Positions 54,284 through 62,873 of a stretch of DNA of 64,000 nt are shown piece by piece. Source of the stretch: Eubacteriales bacterium (GTDB lineage: Bacteria > Bacillota > Clostridia > Oscillospirales > CAG-382); assembly GCA_045595785.1 (NCBI GenBank), contig JAZOBE010000009.1:5017-69016 (forward strand), read 5' to 3'. The notes under the pieces are model-generated. The model saw only the letters and a program-made list of their open reading frames with translations. It did not search any database and had not been told where the DNA came from. The translations under genes and the position numbers were made by a program. Numbering within the stretch: position 1 is the stretch's first letter; each line of letters opens with the position of its first letter.

Positions 54284-55525
54284 ATGCCTCTTGCTGATTC
54301 CTTGCGCCCGACCTCACTCAACGAAGTTGCAGGTCAGGAGCATTTATTACAAAACGGCGCGCCACTGCGCCGCATACTTGAAAGCGGGCATCTTCCGTCA
54401 ATGATATTCTACGGCCCTCCCGGCACGGGAAAGACCACACTTGCAGGCATTGCCGCAGGAATGACGGACAAACAGCTTTACCGTGTCAACGCCACCACAG
54501 CGTCGCTGTCCGACGTGAAGGATATTCTTTCCGAAACGGATTCGCTGTTTTCCTCCGGCGGAATACTGCTGTATATCGACGAAATTCAGTATTTCAACAA
54601 GCGTCAGCAGCAGGCGCTCCTTGAATACGTGGAGGACGGCAGAGTTACCCTTATTTGCTCCACCACCGAAAACCCCTACTTTGCGCTGTACGGCGCCCTT
54701 CTTTCCAGAAGCACGGTTTTTGAGTTCAAGCCCGTAAGCCCCGAGGAATGCAAAAAAGTGCTTGACCGCGGTCTGACCGCCCTGAACGAGCAAACGGGCG
54801 AAAGCAAAAAGTGTGATGATGCGGTGCTTTTATCTATTGCGCAGGGTTGCGGAGGAGACGTGAGAAAATCTCTTACCGCACTTGAAAATCTGTTTTACGC
54901 CTGCGGTGACGTTTTGGATTCCGAAACCGCCGCATCACTGACACAGCGAAGCGGACTGCGGTTTGACGCAAGCGGAGACCAGCATTACGATATACTTTCC
55001 GCCTTCCAGAAGTCTATCCGCGGAAGCGACGAAAACGCGGCGATACACTATCTTGCCAGACTTCTCTCCGGCGGTGACCTGCTTTCCCCCTGCAGACGGC
55101 TTTTGGTAATTGCATCCGAGGATATAGGTCTGGCGTACCCCCAAGCGGCAACTATAGTTAAAAGCTGTGTGGATTCCGCCCTGCAGTTAGGTCTGCCCGA
55201 AGCCGGACTTCCTCTGGCACAAGCCACCATTCTCCTTGCCACCGCGCCGAAATCCAATTCCTCTGCGGCAGCGTATTGGGCGGCTATGGAGGACGTGGAA
55301 AACGGCAATATCGGTGATATCCCCTCCCATTTGCAGGATACCCATTATTCCGGCGCCGCAAAGCTGGGCAGAGGCGGGTATAAATACCCCCACGCTTACC
55401 CCGGCAGCTACGTGGAACAGCAATATCTCCCCGAAATGCTGAAGGATAAGGTCTACTACGTCCACGGAAACAACAAAACCGAGCAAGCCATGAAGGACTA
55501 TTGGGCAAAAATAAAGAATAAATAA
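54284..55525 (+). CDS. rarA: replication-associated recombination protein A (AAA+ ATPase)
   Basis: LRPTSLNEVAGQEHLL, Walker A GPPGTGKTT and Walker B LLYIDEIQ. Confidence 0.93.
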   Translation: MPLADSLRPTSLNEVAGQEHLLQNGAPLRRILESGHLPSMIFYGPPGTGKTTLAGIAAGMTDKQLYRVNATTASLSDVKDILSETDSLFSSGGILLYIDEIQYFNKRQQQALLEYVEDGRVTLICSTTENPYFALYGALLSRSTVFEFKPVSPEECKKVLDRGLTALNEQTGESKKCDDAVLLSIAQGCGGDVRKSLTALENLFYACGDVLDSETAASLTQRSGLRFDASGDQHYDILSAFQKSIRGSDENAAIHYLARLLSGGDLLSPCRRLLVIASEDIGLAYPQAATIVKSCVDSALQLGLPEAGLPLAQATILLATAPKSNSSAAAYWAAMEDVENGNIGDIPSHLQDTHYSGAAKLGRGGYKYPHAYPGSYVEQQYLPEMLKDKVYYVHGNNKTEQAMKDYWAKIKNK

Positions 55526-55536
55526 CACATTTATTG

Positions 55537-55565
55537 TTGACAAACTGTTAAAACTTATATATAAT
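55537..55565 (+). promoter_or_regulatory. consensus sigma-A promoter TTGACA-17-TATAAT
   Basis: TTGACA at 55537-55542, TATAAT at 55560-55565. Confidence 0.6.
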
Positions 55566-55598
55566 AATTATACAATCTTATGATAGGAGATACATAGT

Positions 55599-55859
55599 AT
55601 GAACAAGACACTTTTCGGTATTCTTACCATTCTGTTCAACGCATACGGCGTTCCCTGCTTCATTCAGGGTCAGACCAAAGCAGGAGTTATCAGAATCGTT
55701 CTTTCCTGCGTAACCTTCGGCATTATGGCTACCGTTAACGGTATCATGGGTATTATCCAGGGTATCAAGGTGCTCCAGATGACCGAGGAAGAATTCCAGT
55801 CCCAGCTCGGCACCATCGATATGGGTATCCCCAAGATGATCAAGGAAGAAAACAACTAA
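55599..55859 (+). CDS. hypothetical small membrane protein (two TM helices)
   Basis: 86 aa with RBS TAGGAGA, its own promoter and a terminator. Confidence 0.55.
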   Translation: MNKTLFGILTILFNAYGVPCFIQGQTKAGVIRIVLSCVTFGIMATVNGIMGIIQGIKVLQMTEEEFQSQLGTIDMGIPKMIKEENN

Positions 55860-55881
55860 AAAACAAGAAAAAAAAGCCTAA

Positions 55882-55908
55882 AAAATCCGTAGTTTATACG
55901 GATTTTTT
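55882..55908 (+). terminator. rho-independent terminator
   Basis: AAAATCCGTA-gttta-TACGGATTTT followed by a T-run. Confidence 0.8.
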
Positions 55909-55981
55909 AACTTTTTTATTGCTTTTCTTTTTTTGTAATGATATAATGCCTTATTAGAAAACTTTTTTGGAGAAACATGTT

Positions 55982-56368
55982 ATGACAAGACGTGAATCCC
56001 GTGAGGCGGCGCTTTGCCTCATTTACGAACAATCCTTTTCGCCGGAGATCAGCACTGACGAGATAATCGAAAAAGCAAAAGAAATACGTGAGGAAAAGAT
56101 TTCCGCCTTTGCCGCAGAGCTGTTTAACGGCGTTTGCGAAAAGAAGCAGGCAATCGACCTTCGCATCTCCTCTGCCGCAGAAAACTGGTCTATTGAGAGA
56201 ATATCCAGAGTTTCTCTGTGTATTCTTCGTCTTGCTGTGTATGAGATAACCTATCTCGGCACCGAAAAGCAGATTGCGGTAAACGAAGCGCTTGAGATTG
56301 CAAGAAAGTATGACGAAGAGAAAAGCGTGAACTTTATTAACGGAGTTTTAGCCGGAATAATCAATTAG
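55982..56368 (+). CDS. nusB: transcription antitermination factor NusB
   Basis: ATG at 55982 (MTRRESREAALCLIYE..) with RBS GGAGAA. 128 aa. Confidence 0.92.
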   Translation: MTRRESREAALCLIYEQSFSPEISTDEIIEKAKEIREEKISAFAAELFNGVCEKKQAIDLRISSAAENWSIERISRVSLCILRLAVYEITYLGTEKQIAVNEALEIARKYDEEKSVNFINGVLAGIIN

Positions 56369-56659
56369 TCCGCGTCTATTTGACGCAGATCCAAAAACGC
56401 AATGTTATATAGATGTTCGCTGTAATAAACACCCAATGTAGGGGCGATTCACAAACCACACCCCACAAATGCCATTGGCATTTGCGAGGACCCCGTGGAA
56501 TCGCCCGCTTATTCCACAGCAAAAATTAAGGTAAATTTTTGTAGAATAAATCTACAAAAATTATTTATTTGCGTTTTTGTAAACGTCTTTACTTCGCTAG
56601 CTGTAGATTACTACAGCACGCTCGTAAAGAACGTTTTCTGCGCCAAATATCCTGCGTCC
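56369..56659. repeat. complete mosaic palindromic element, same module order as 41844-42183
   Basis: TCCGCGTCTATTTGACGCAGATCCAAAAACGCA, double hairpin (56438-56508), P4 (identical to 42010-42046), TGCGTTTTTG (56570), P3 with core GCTGTAGATTACTACAGC, then TTCTGCGCCAAATATCCTGCGTCC. Confidence 0.9.
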
Positions 56660-56691
56660 TTGAATTATTATTTTTTTATACTTCTGATTTT

Positions 56692-57882
56692 ATGGAACAG
56701 AGAGCTATTACAGTAACTCAACTGAATAACTACATCAAAGGCATACTTGAAAACATACCGCCTCTTAAGGATATTTACGTTAAGGGTGAGATAAGCAATT
56801 ATTCCCCCAACCGCACCGGCCACGTGTTTTTTACACTTAAGGACGAGGGAAGCCTTATCCCTGCGGTGATGTTCAAGTACGATCTTTCCCAGATAACCTT
56901 CAAGCCTGAAAACGGCATGAAGGTAATTTGCCGCGGACGAATAAGCGCATACACCGCACAGGGAAAATATCAGCTTTACGTCAGCGAAATGACGCCAGAC
57001 GGTATCGGAAGCCTGTATATCGCATACGAGCAGCTTAAAAACAAGCTGGCGGAGGAGGGTCTGTTTGACGAGCGTTATAAAAAGCCTCTGCCTAAAATCC
57101 CCCTTCACATCGGCATTATTACAGCGCCCACAGGTGCCGCGGTCCGTGATATGATTACCGTTACACGCAGGCGGTTTCCTGCGGCGGAGATACGGCTGTA
57201 CCCTTCGTTGGTGCAGGGCGAGAACGCGCCTGCCGACCTGATACGTGCACTTGATTATTTTGATAACGAAGGAAAATGCGACGTTATTATTATCGGACGC
57301 GGCGGCGGAAGCATTGAGGATCTGTGGGCGTTTAACAACGAAGCCCTTGCCAGACGAATATTTGCCTGCCGTATACCCGTAATTTCCGCTGTCGGCCACG
57401 AGACCGATTTTACCATTGCGGATTTTGTGGCGGATAAGCGTGCTCCCACACCCAGCGCGGCGGCGGAAATTGCCGTGCCCGACGCGGCTGATACAAAGCG
57501 TCAGCTTAGAAACGTGGCAAAACGCCTTGAAAAAGAGCTTAATATGTATATTAACGACCGCAGGGGAAAGGTAAACGTGCTGGCAAACTCCCGCGCCATG
57601 ACGGTGCCCCGAAGCGCCATTGACGAAAAGCGGTTAAGTCTTGCAAATCTTGATACACGGCTTTGCAGGGATATGGAGAATATTCTCCTCCGCGCAAAGG
57701 GTAAAAAGGATACCATGTCGGCGCGGCTCGTTTCACTTAACCCTCTTTCAATTCTTGCCAGAGGATACGGTGTGGCGTTTGACCAAAGCGGCAAGGTAAT
57801 AAAAAGCGTTAATGATATAAAAAGCGGTGAAAAATTCCGCCTGCGCGTAGCAGACGGAGAACTGGAGGCAGTAAAGCAATGA
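56692..57882 (+). CDS. xseA: exodeoxyribonuclease VII large subunit
   Basis: ATG at 56692 (MEQRAITVTQLNNYIK..); upstream ORF-track residues are repeat DNA. OB fold plus the catalytic region IGIITAPTGAAVRD..RGGGS.EDLW. Confidence 0.93.
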   Translation: MEQRAITVTQLNNYIKGILENIPPLKDIYVKGEISNYSPNRTGHVFFTLKDEGSLIPAVMFKYDLSQITFKPENGMKVICRGRISAYTAQGKYQLYVSEMTPDGIGSLYIAYEQLKNKLAEEGLFDERYKKPLPKIPLHIGIITAPTGAAVRDMITVTRRRFPAAEIRLYPSLVQGENAPADLIRALDYFDNEGKCDVIIIGRGGGSIEDLWAFNNEALARRIFACRIPVISAVGHETDFTIADFVADKRAPTPSAAAEIAVPDAADTKRQLRNVAKRLEKELNMYINDRRGKVNVLANSRAMTVPRSAIDEKRLSLANLDTRLCRDMENILLRAKGKKDTMSARLVSLNPLSILARGYGVAFDQSGKVIKSVNDIKSGEKFRLRVADGELEAVKQ

Positions 57883-58106
57883 CAGAAAACAAGGAATATA
57901 CCTTCGAGCAGGCACTTGCCAGACTTGAAGAGATCGTAAGAGGACTTGAAAACGGCTCACTTCCTCTGGATAAATCCATAGAATTATTCGAAGAGGGCAA
58001 CGCGCTGGTAAAGCTTTGCACCGAAAAGCTTGATAAAGCCGAGCAAAAGGTGAGAATACTTACCGAAACCGCCACCGGAGTAACGGAGGAGGATTTTAAT
58101 GCGTAA
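57879..58106 (+). CDS. xseB: exodeoxyribonuclease VII small subunit
   Basis: 75 aa. FEQALARLEEIV..LE.G.L.L..S..L.EEG. Overlaps the xseA stop. Confidence 0.92.
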   Translation: MTENKEYTFEQALARLEEIVRGLENGSLPLDKSIELFEEGNALVKLCTEKLDKAEQKVRILTETATGVTEEDFNA

Positions 58107-58962
58107 AACGGTTGCCGAAATGACCGATCTGCTTCTTAAGGAATACCTTTCCTGCGCGGCGGGACAGCCTTATGAAAAATTATACGAGAGTATGCAGTAT
58201 TCGGTCTCTGCAGGAGGAAAGCGTATACGCCCTTATCTCTGCGCGGAATTTTATATGATGTTATCCGGCAAAACCGACCTTACCCCCGTGCTCCCTTACT
58301 GCGCGGCGGTGGAGATGGTTCATACGTCTTCTCTTATTCACGATGACCTGCCTGCAATGGATAACGACGTACTTCGCCGCGGAATGCCTACAAACCACGT
58401 GAAATTCGGTGAAGCCACCGCAATTCTTGCAGGAGATACTCTGCTTCTCAAAGCCTGCGGAACGGCGGCAAGCAACCCTCACCTGCCGGGAAGCGTCAAC
58501 GCGGCGGCAGTTGAGCTTATTTCTCGTAAAAGCTGCGGTATGATGGCAGGACAGCAGATAGACCTTTCAAGCGGATGTTTTTCGGTTACCGAGCAGGAGC
58601 TTATAAGATTGCAATCCTTAAAGACCGGATGCCTGCTTTCTCTTTCCTGTATGCTGGGTGCGCTGGCGGCAGGAGCAGACACAAAAAGTGCCGAAAATTT
58701 CGGAAGTATTTACGGGCTGCTGTTCCAGATAACCGATGATATTATCGATGCCGACCCTGCCTGCGACACGGGTAAATCCCGCGGGAAGGACGAAAGAGAC
58801 CATAAAGCCACCTTCGTAACCCTTTTCGGTATCGAAAAAGCAAATAAAAAAGCAGATGAGATTTTGGCGGCGGCATTAAAAACCTTGGAGACCCTGCCCA
58901 AAGGCGAATCCCGCAACAGACTCGAAGTTTTGTGTATACAGACACGAAACAGAAAAAAATAA
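58099..58962 (+). CDS. ispA: farnesyl diphosphate synthase (polyprenyl synthetase family)
   Basis: Asp-rich motifs LIHDDLPAMDND and FQITDDIID. Conserved xseA-xseB-ispA order. Confidence 0.9.
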   Translation: MRKTVAEMTDLLLKEYLSCAAGQPYEKLYESMQYSVSAGGKRIRPYLCAEFYMMLSGKTDLTPVLPYCAAVEMVHTSSLIHDDLPAMDNDVLRRGMPTNHVKFGEATAILAGDTLLLKACGTAASNPHLPGSVNAAAVELISRKSCGMMAGQQIDLSSGCFSVTEQELIRLQSLKTGCLLSLSCMLGALAAGADTKSAENFGSIYGLLFQITDDIIDADPACDTGKSRGKDERDHKATFVTLFGIEKANKKADEILAAALKTLETLPKGESRNRLEVLCIQTRNRKK

Positions 58963-58967
58963 CGATA

Positions 58968-58995
58968 AAATCCGCATAAAATGCGGATTTTTTTG
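58968..58995 (+). terminator. rho-independent terminator
   Basis: AAATCCGCAT-aaa-ATGCGGATTT followed by a T-run. Confidence 0.8.
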
Positions 58996-59000
58996 TTTTA

Positions 59001-59350
59001 TTCTGTGCGGCGGGGGCAAGCCACCCGCCCTACAAACACGCCACGGCTACCGGCTACAGCATCCAAAATCAGAACAGAGCGATGGTAAAAAGCTGTAAAA
59101 ACCATTTTTACGAGTGGGGAGCTGTAGTATTCTACTGCCCCCCGAGTAAAAACGGTTAGAAACGCAAAATTAAAAATTCCCGTAGATTTGTTCTACGGGA
59201 ATTTACCTTATATTTGATTGTGGGGAAGCGGGGCGTCGGAGCGGGGTCCCTGCAAATGCGGCCAGCATTTGAGGGGTGCGTTTCGAGGGCGCCGCCCCCT
59301 ACATTGGATGTTCGCCGAAGCAAACATTAAACATTTTTGCGTTTCGTTCT
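59001..59350. repeat. mosaic palindromic element cluster (variant modules)
   Basis: Hairpin GGCGGG..CCCGCC (59009-59030). P3 with core GCTGTAGTATTCTACTGC (59085-59165). GAAACGCA boundary variant. Hairpin ATTCCCGTAGA..TCTACGGGAAT (59175-59205). Double hairpin in opposite orientation (59226-59302, P1 at 59243-59278). TGCGTTTC boundary variant. Confidence 0.8.
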
Positions 59351-59369
59351 ACAGTTTTTTACCGAGCGT

Positions 59370-60011
59370 CTATTTGCGGTTTTTCTCCTTGCCTTCGAGA
59401 CATATCACTATTCTTCTCTCAGCATCCTGACCGATAGAATAAGTAGCAACGCCGGGGATATCCTGCACTGCGGTGTGGATGACACGTCTTTCATAAGGAT
59501 TCATAGGCTCAAGAGCGAAGCTTCTCTTATACTTGAGAACCTTCTCTGCCTGACGCTGTGCAAGACGGCGGAGAGTTTCCTCACGCTTCTCGCGGTAACC
59601 CTCAACGTCAAGGGTGATGCGGTAAAATCCGTCGTAAACGCGGTTTGCTGCAAGGGAAGCAAGATACTGGATGGAATCCAAAACTTCGCCTCTTCTGCCG
59701 ATAAGCGCGCCAAGACCTGTTCCGGATACGGATACGGTAGCACCGTCCTCCTCAACGCTCTTAACGGATACGGTTGCGGAAAGTCCCATATCCTTAAGCA
59801 CGGTCTCGATAAATTCAACAGCTTTGTCAGCAGGGGTTATTTGCATATATACTCTGACCTTAGCGTCCGATGCGCCGATGCCAAGAAAGCCCTTGCTGGG
59901 CTGCTCAAGCACCTCAAACTCAACGGAGGAAAGGTCTGCGCCAAGCTGGGAAGCACCGGATTCTACGGCTGCCTCAATAGTCTTGGCGGAAACAATGACT
60001 TCTCTGACCAT
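59370..60011 (-). CDS. jag: Jag/KhpB RNA-binding protein (Jag_N, KH, R3H domains)
   Basis: ATG at 60011 (MVREVIVSAKTIEEAV-like N-terminus) with RBS AAGGAG. C-terminal R3H pattern EPMNPYERRVIH. Directly downstream of yidC. Confidence 0.88.
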   Translation of the reverse strand: MVREVIVSAKTIEAAVESGASQLGADLSSVEFEVLEQPSKGFLGIGASDAKVRVYMQITPADKAVEFIETVLKDMGLSATVSVKSVEEDGATVSVSGTGLGALIGRRGEVLDSIQYLASLAANRVYDGFYRITLDVEGYREKREETLRRLAQRQAEKVLKYKRSFALEPMNPYERRVIHTAVQDIPGVATYSIGQDAERRIVICLEGKEKNRK

Positions 60012-60018
60012 TGATAAA

Positions 60019-61419
60019 TTACTCCTTGTCTTCGGAAACGGTTTCTGTTTCCTTGCCGATATCGGAGGAACGCTTTGCGGGAAGCTCGCTTTCATCAACG
60101 GTAAGCATTTTTATTTTTCTTGTTCCGTTGTTTACGACCTCTGCCGCTTCGGAATCCGATACTTTTAATTTGTCGTAAGAATGATCGTCCTCATCAACCT
60201 CGATAACGATCTTCTTTTTCTTCTTTGCTTTGGTGACTTCCTTAACAGCTTCTTTTATCTCCTCCTCGGTAAAGGTGGGGATGGGATAAACCTTTGCAAA
60301 GATAAGCTGCTTGCCCATTGCGAACACGCTTCTCCAGATCCAGTAAACACCAAGTGCTGCCTGGAAGTTAAGCGCGAACCACGCGGACATAAGGGGCATC
60401 AACCACTCCATCATCTTGCCGCCGGGCATCTTTACGGGCTTGCCGTCTGCATCCAAAGACTGGGGAGCCAGCTTTCTGGAAAGCCATGCGGAAAGGAAGG
60501 AGGTGAGGAATACAAGAACGGGAACCAGCAGAAGCAGGTTGATGTTCTTGATATTAGGTGTTTCAAGCAGAGACAGACCTAACATATTGTAATTAGGCAG
60601 CTTCTGAATGGTGAGATACAGATTGGGTGTCTCCTCGAAATCGAAGGCTTCTTTAAGAATATCTTCGGTGGAACGGGAGGTAAGCTGGGTGCAAAGACCG
60701 TTTTCTTCAAGCACTTCGCGAATATTTTCATCAAAGTGGCGGGTAACCGCAACTACGTTATATTCGCTCTTTACACTCTTCTTGGCATCCTTGTGGATAT
60801 CCTCGTCGTCTGCCATATAATAGGTGTAAACGCCGGTCTCTTCATCAAAATAATACTTATCACACATATTCTTCTGATAAGTATTCATTTTATCGATAAG
60901 TCCCTTAACGGTATCGATCTTTTCCTGCTGTTCTTCGGTAGGATTTTCGATCTTGGAAAGAATATCCAACTCCTCGTTAAGGTCGGTCTTGACAGTCTCA
61001 CAAAGCTGGATTGAATTTTTATACATCAATTCAAGCTCACTGTCGTCAATAAACATAGTGTACTGGAGAGGAGAACGAACGATGGTATACAGCGCCATAA
61101 TGATGGGGAGCTGAATAAGGAGAGGTAAACAGCCGCCAAACATGTTGTAGCCGTTTTTCTGATACATCTCCTGTATCTCCATATTCATTTGCTGCTGGGA
61201 TTCTTTATCGGTTCTGTTCTTGTACTTGCGCTTGATAGCTATTTCCTTGGGACGAAGCTGCGCCTGCTTTACGGAAGACTTTTGCTGTTTGATGGAAAAG
61301 GGCAGCAAAATGATTTCCATAATAAGGGAGAAAAGGATGATGGCTACCCAGTAATAATTCTGGCCAACCCAAAGACATCCCTTCATTACATACCCTAAAG
61401 GTATGTATAAAATGTCCAT
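60019..61419 (-). CDS. yidC: YidC/Oxa1 family membrane insertase with a large internal insertion and charged C-terminal tail
   Basis: ATG at 61419 (MDILYIPLGYV..). Conserved LLPFSIKQQKS..QLRPK..MFGGCLPLLIQLPI. 466 aa. Confidence 0.88.
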   Translation of the reverse strand: MDILYIPLGYVMKGCLWVGQNYYWVAIILFSLIMEIILLPFSIKQQKSSVKQAQLRPKEIAIKRKYKNRTDKESQQQMNMEIQEMYQKNGYNMFGGCLPLLIQLPIIMALYTIVRSPLQYTMFIDDSELELMYKNSIQLCETVKTDLNEELDILSKIENPTEEQQEKIDTVKGLIDKMNTYQKNMCDKYYFDEETGVYTYYMADDEDIHKDAKKSVKSEYNVVAVTRHFDENIREVLEENGLCTQLTSRSTEDILKEAFDFEETPNLYLTIQKLPNYNMLGLSLLETPNIKNINLLLLVPVLVFLTSFLSAWLSRKLAPQSLDADGKPVKMPGGKMMEWLMPLMSAWFALNFQAALGVYWIWRSVFAMGKQLIFAKVYPIPTFTEEEIKEAVKEVTKAKKKKKIVIEVDEDDHSYDKLKVSDSEAAEVVNNGTRKIKMLTVDESELPAKRSSDIGKETETVSEDKE

Positions 61420-61493
61420 AATGTTCAATTTAATTTTCCCTTCAACATTGTGAGCTAATAAAAACAATTAACTCTTTGTTTTTCTTTTTTTGT

Positions 61494-61746
61494 GGGGTCC
61501 CCGAGAAACCGCAGGTTTCTTGGGGTGTTTTTTTTGTGGGGTCCCCGAGAAAGCGTTTTTACGGAATAATATACCGTCTGTATGGGGTGTTTCGTGAAAC
61601 ACCCATCGTTATCTAAAAACCTTTCTTGGGGCGTTTTTTTTGTGGGGTCCCCGAGAAAGCGTTTTTACGGAACAATATACCGTCTGTATGGGGTGTTTCG
61701 TGAAACACCCATTGTTATCTAAAAACCTTTCTTGGGGTTTTTCGGT
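61494..61746. repeat. P1 hairpin followed by two tandem 106-bp units, each a P1 hairpin split by a 69-nt nested insert
   Basis: Intact P1 at 61494-61527. Units begin at 61535 and 61641 (period 106) and read GGGGTCCCCGAGAAA-[insert]-CCTTTCTTGGGG. Confidence 0.9.
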
Positions 61747-61955
61747 ACCGGGTCATAACCGCAATTCTTATTAAACGGGTTGCAGCGGAGGATACGCCAC
61801 GCCCCTAAAAAAATGCCGATGATAACACCCCATTCTTCAATAGCCTCAATAGTATACTGAGAGCAAGAGGGGTGAAAACGGCAATTCCGACCCAGACTCG
61901 GTGAAACGTATTTCTGATAGAATTTTATTGGTGCGGTAAAAAGCTTTTTGAACAT
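61719..61955 (-). CDS. yidD: membrane protein insertion efficiency factor YidD
   Basis: [34 protein letters not shown]. The last 6 codons and the stop lie inside the repeat. Confidence 0.9.
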   Translation of the reverse strand: MFKKLFTAPIKFYQKYVSPSLGRNCRFHPSCSQYTIEAIEEWGVIIGIFLGAWRILRCNPFNKNCGYDPVPKNPKKGF

Positions 61956-61960
61956 AAAAA

Positions 61961-62329
61961 TTAATTACCTATACCGTCATCGCAAAGGAGTGCCGCCCCA
62001 ACCAATACCTTTTTAAGCTGCTTTTCCACTACGGCGCTTGACGCGGTCATACAGCTTTGCCGGGCGACTGCCACTATAATATAACCATCCTTTACTTGCG
62101 GATAAAGACTGCGGAACGCCGCCCTTATTATCCGCTTTGCACGGTTTCTTTGTACCGCTTTACCCCGTTTCTTGGATACGGTTATTCCAAGACGGGTTTT
62201 GTTTTGGGCGTTTCGGTCTTTAATAACATAAACCGCCACGCAGGGCTGGACGTAGCATTTTCCTCTGCCGTACGCCAAGCCGAAAAGGTGATTTTGCTTT
62301 AACGAAGTAACTTTTTTTGTTTCCTGCAA
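61961..62329 (-). CDS. rnpA: ribonuclease P protein component
   Basis: TTG start with RBS AAGAGGTG 7 nt upstream. [22 protein letters not shown]. Located between rpmH and yidD. Confidence 0.9.
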   Translation of the reverse strand: MQETKKVTSLKQNHLFGLAYGRGKCYVQPCVAVYVIKDRNAQNKTRLGITVSKKRGKAVQRNRAKRIIRAAFRSLYPQVKDGYIIVAVARQSCMTASSAVVEKQLKKVLVGAALLCDDGIGN

Positions 62330-62389
62330 AATGTAACACCTCTTAAAAAAAATAAAAGCAAGAAAAAATAAAACAGACTGATATGAATT

Positions 62390-62421
62390 ACCCCAAGAAA
62401 CTTTCCGTTTCTTGGGGAACC
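62390..62421 (-). repeat. P1 hairpin module between rpmH and rnpA
   Basis: ACCCCAAGAAACTTTCCGTTTCTTGGGGAACC. Confidence 0.75.
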
Positions 62422-62489
62422 TCGAAAAAAACCGATATATTCGGATTTTTATCGATAATCAATCACTGTTTTTTACCCTTAAAAAGAAA

Positions 62490-62624
62490 TTAATAGGTAA
62501 GTCTTGCTCTGCCTTTAGCGCGTCTTCTCTTGAGAACCTTTCTGCCGTTAGCGGTAGCCATTCTCTTTCTGAAGCCGTGTTCTTTCTGTCTGTGGATCTT
62601 TTTGGGCTGATATGTTCTGAGCAT
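62490..62624 (-). CDS. rpmH: 50S ribosomal protein L34
   Basis: Not in the ORF track (44 aa). The minus-strand translation is [44 protein letters not shown], with RBS AGGAGGTG upstream. Confidence 0.95.
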   Translation of the reverse strand: MLRTYQPKKIHRQKEHGFRKRMATANGRKVLKRRRAKGRARLTY

Positions 62625-62742
62625 TCGGAATACACCTCCTGTAAATTTTCAAAAAAATAATTGCGCCGTTACAATACCTAAACATAGGCAAATGCTATTA
62701 TAAACATAAAAACAAGGATTTGTCAAGGGTTTTTTTGAAAAA

Positions 62743-62822
62743 AATGAGAAATGATAAACGATAAACGATAAATAAATGTTGTTTTTTTGCACGTCGTGCA
62801 AAAATCTTCCGCATTTCTCATT
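62743..62822 (-). repeat. 80-bp palindromic element, second family, copy 2 (inverted relative to 35575-35655)
   Basis: AATGAGAAATG..TTTTGCACG-T-CGTGCAAAA..CATTTCTCATT. Confidence 0.75.
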
Positions 62823-62844
62823 AAAACTATATCATACTAAATAC

Positions 62845-62873
62845 TTGAATTTTACTAACATCTATGTTATAAT
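62845..62873 (+). promoter_or_regulatory. sigma-A promoter TTGAAT-17-TATAAT with TGn extension, upstream of dnaA
   Basis: TTGAAT at 62845-62850, TGTTATAAT at 62865-62873. Confidence 0.5.

Noticed and set aside
61494-61535. P1 hairpins followed by T-runs, considered as simple intrinsic terminators explaining the whole family.
   Set aside because: Copies occur in both orientations relative to flanking genes and inside apparent operons (ytfI-ytfJ, yidD-yidC, rpmH-rnpA). Many lack a T-run on the transcribed strand. Termination may be a side effect for some copies but does not explain the modular, TIR-bounded architecture.
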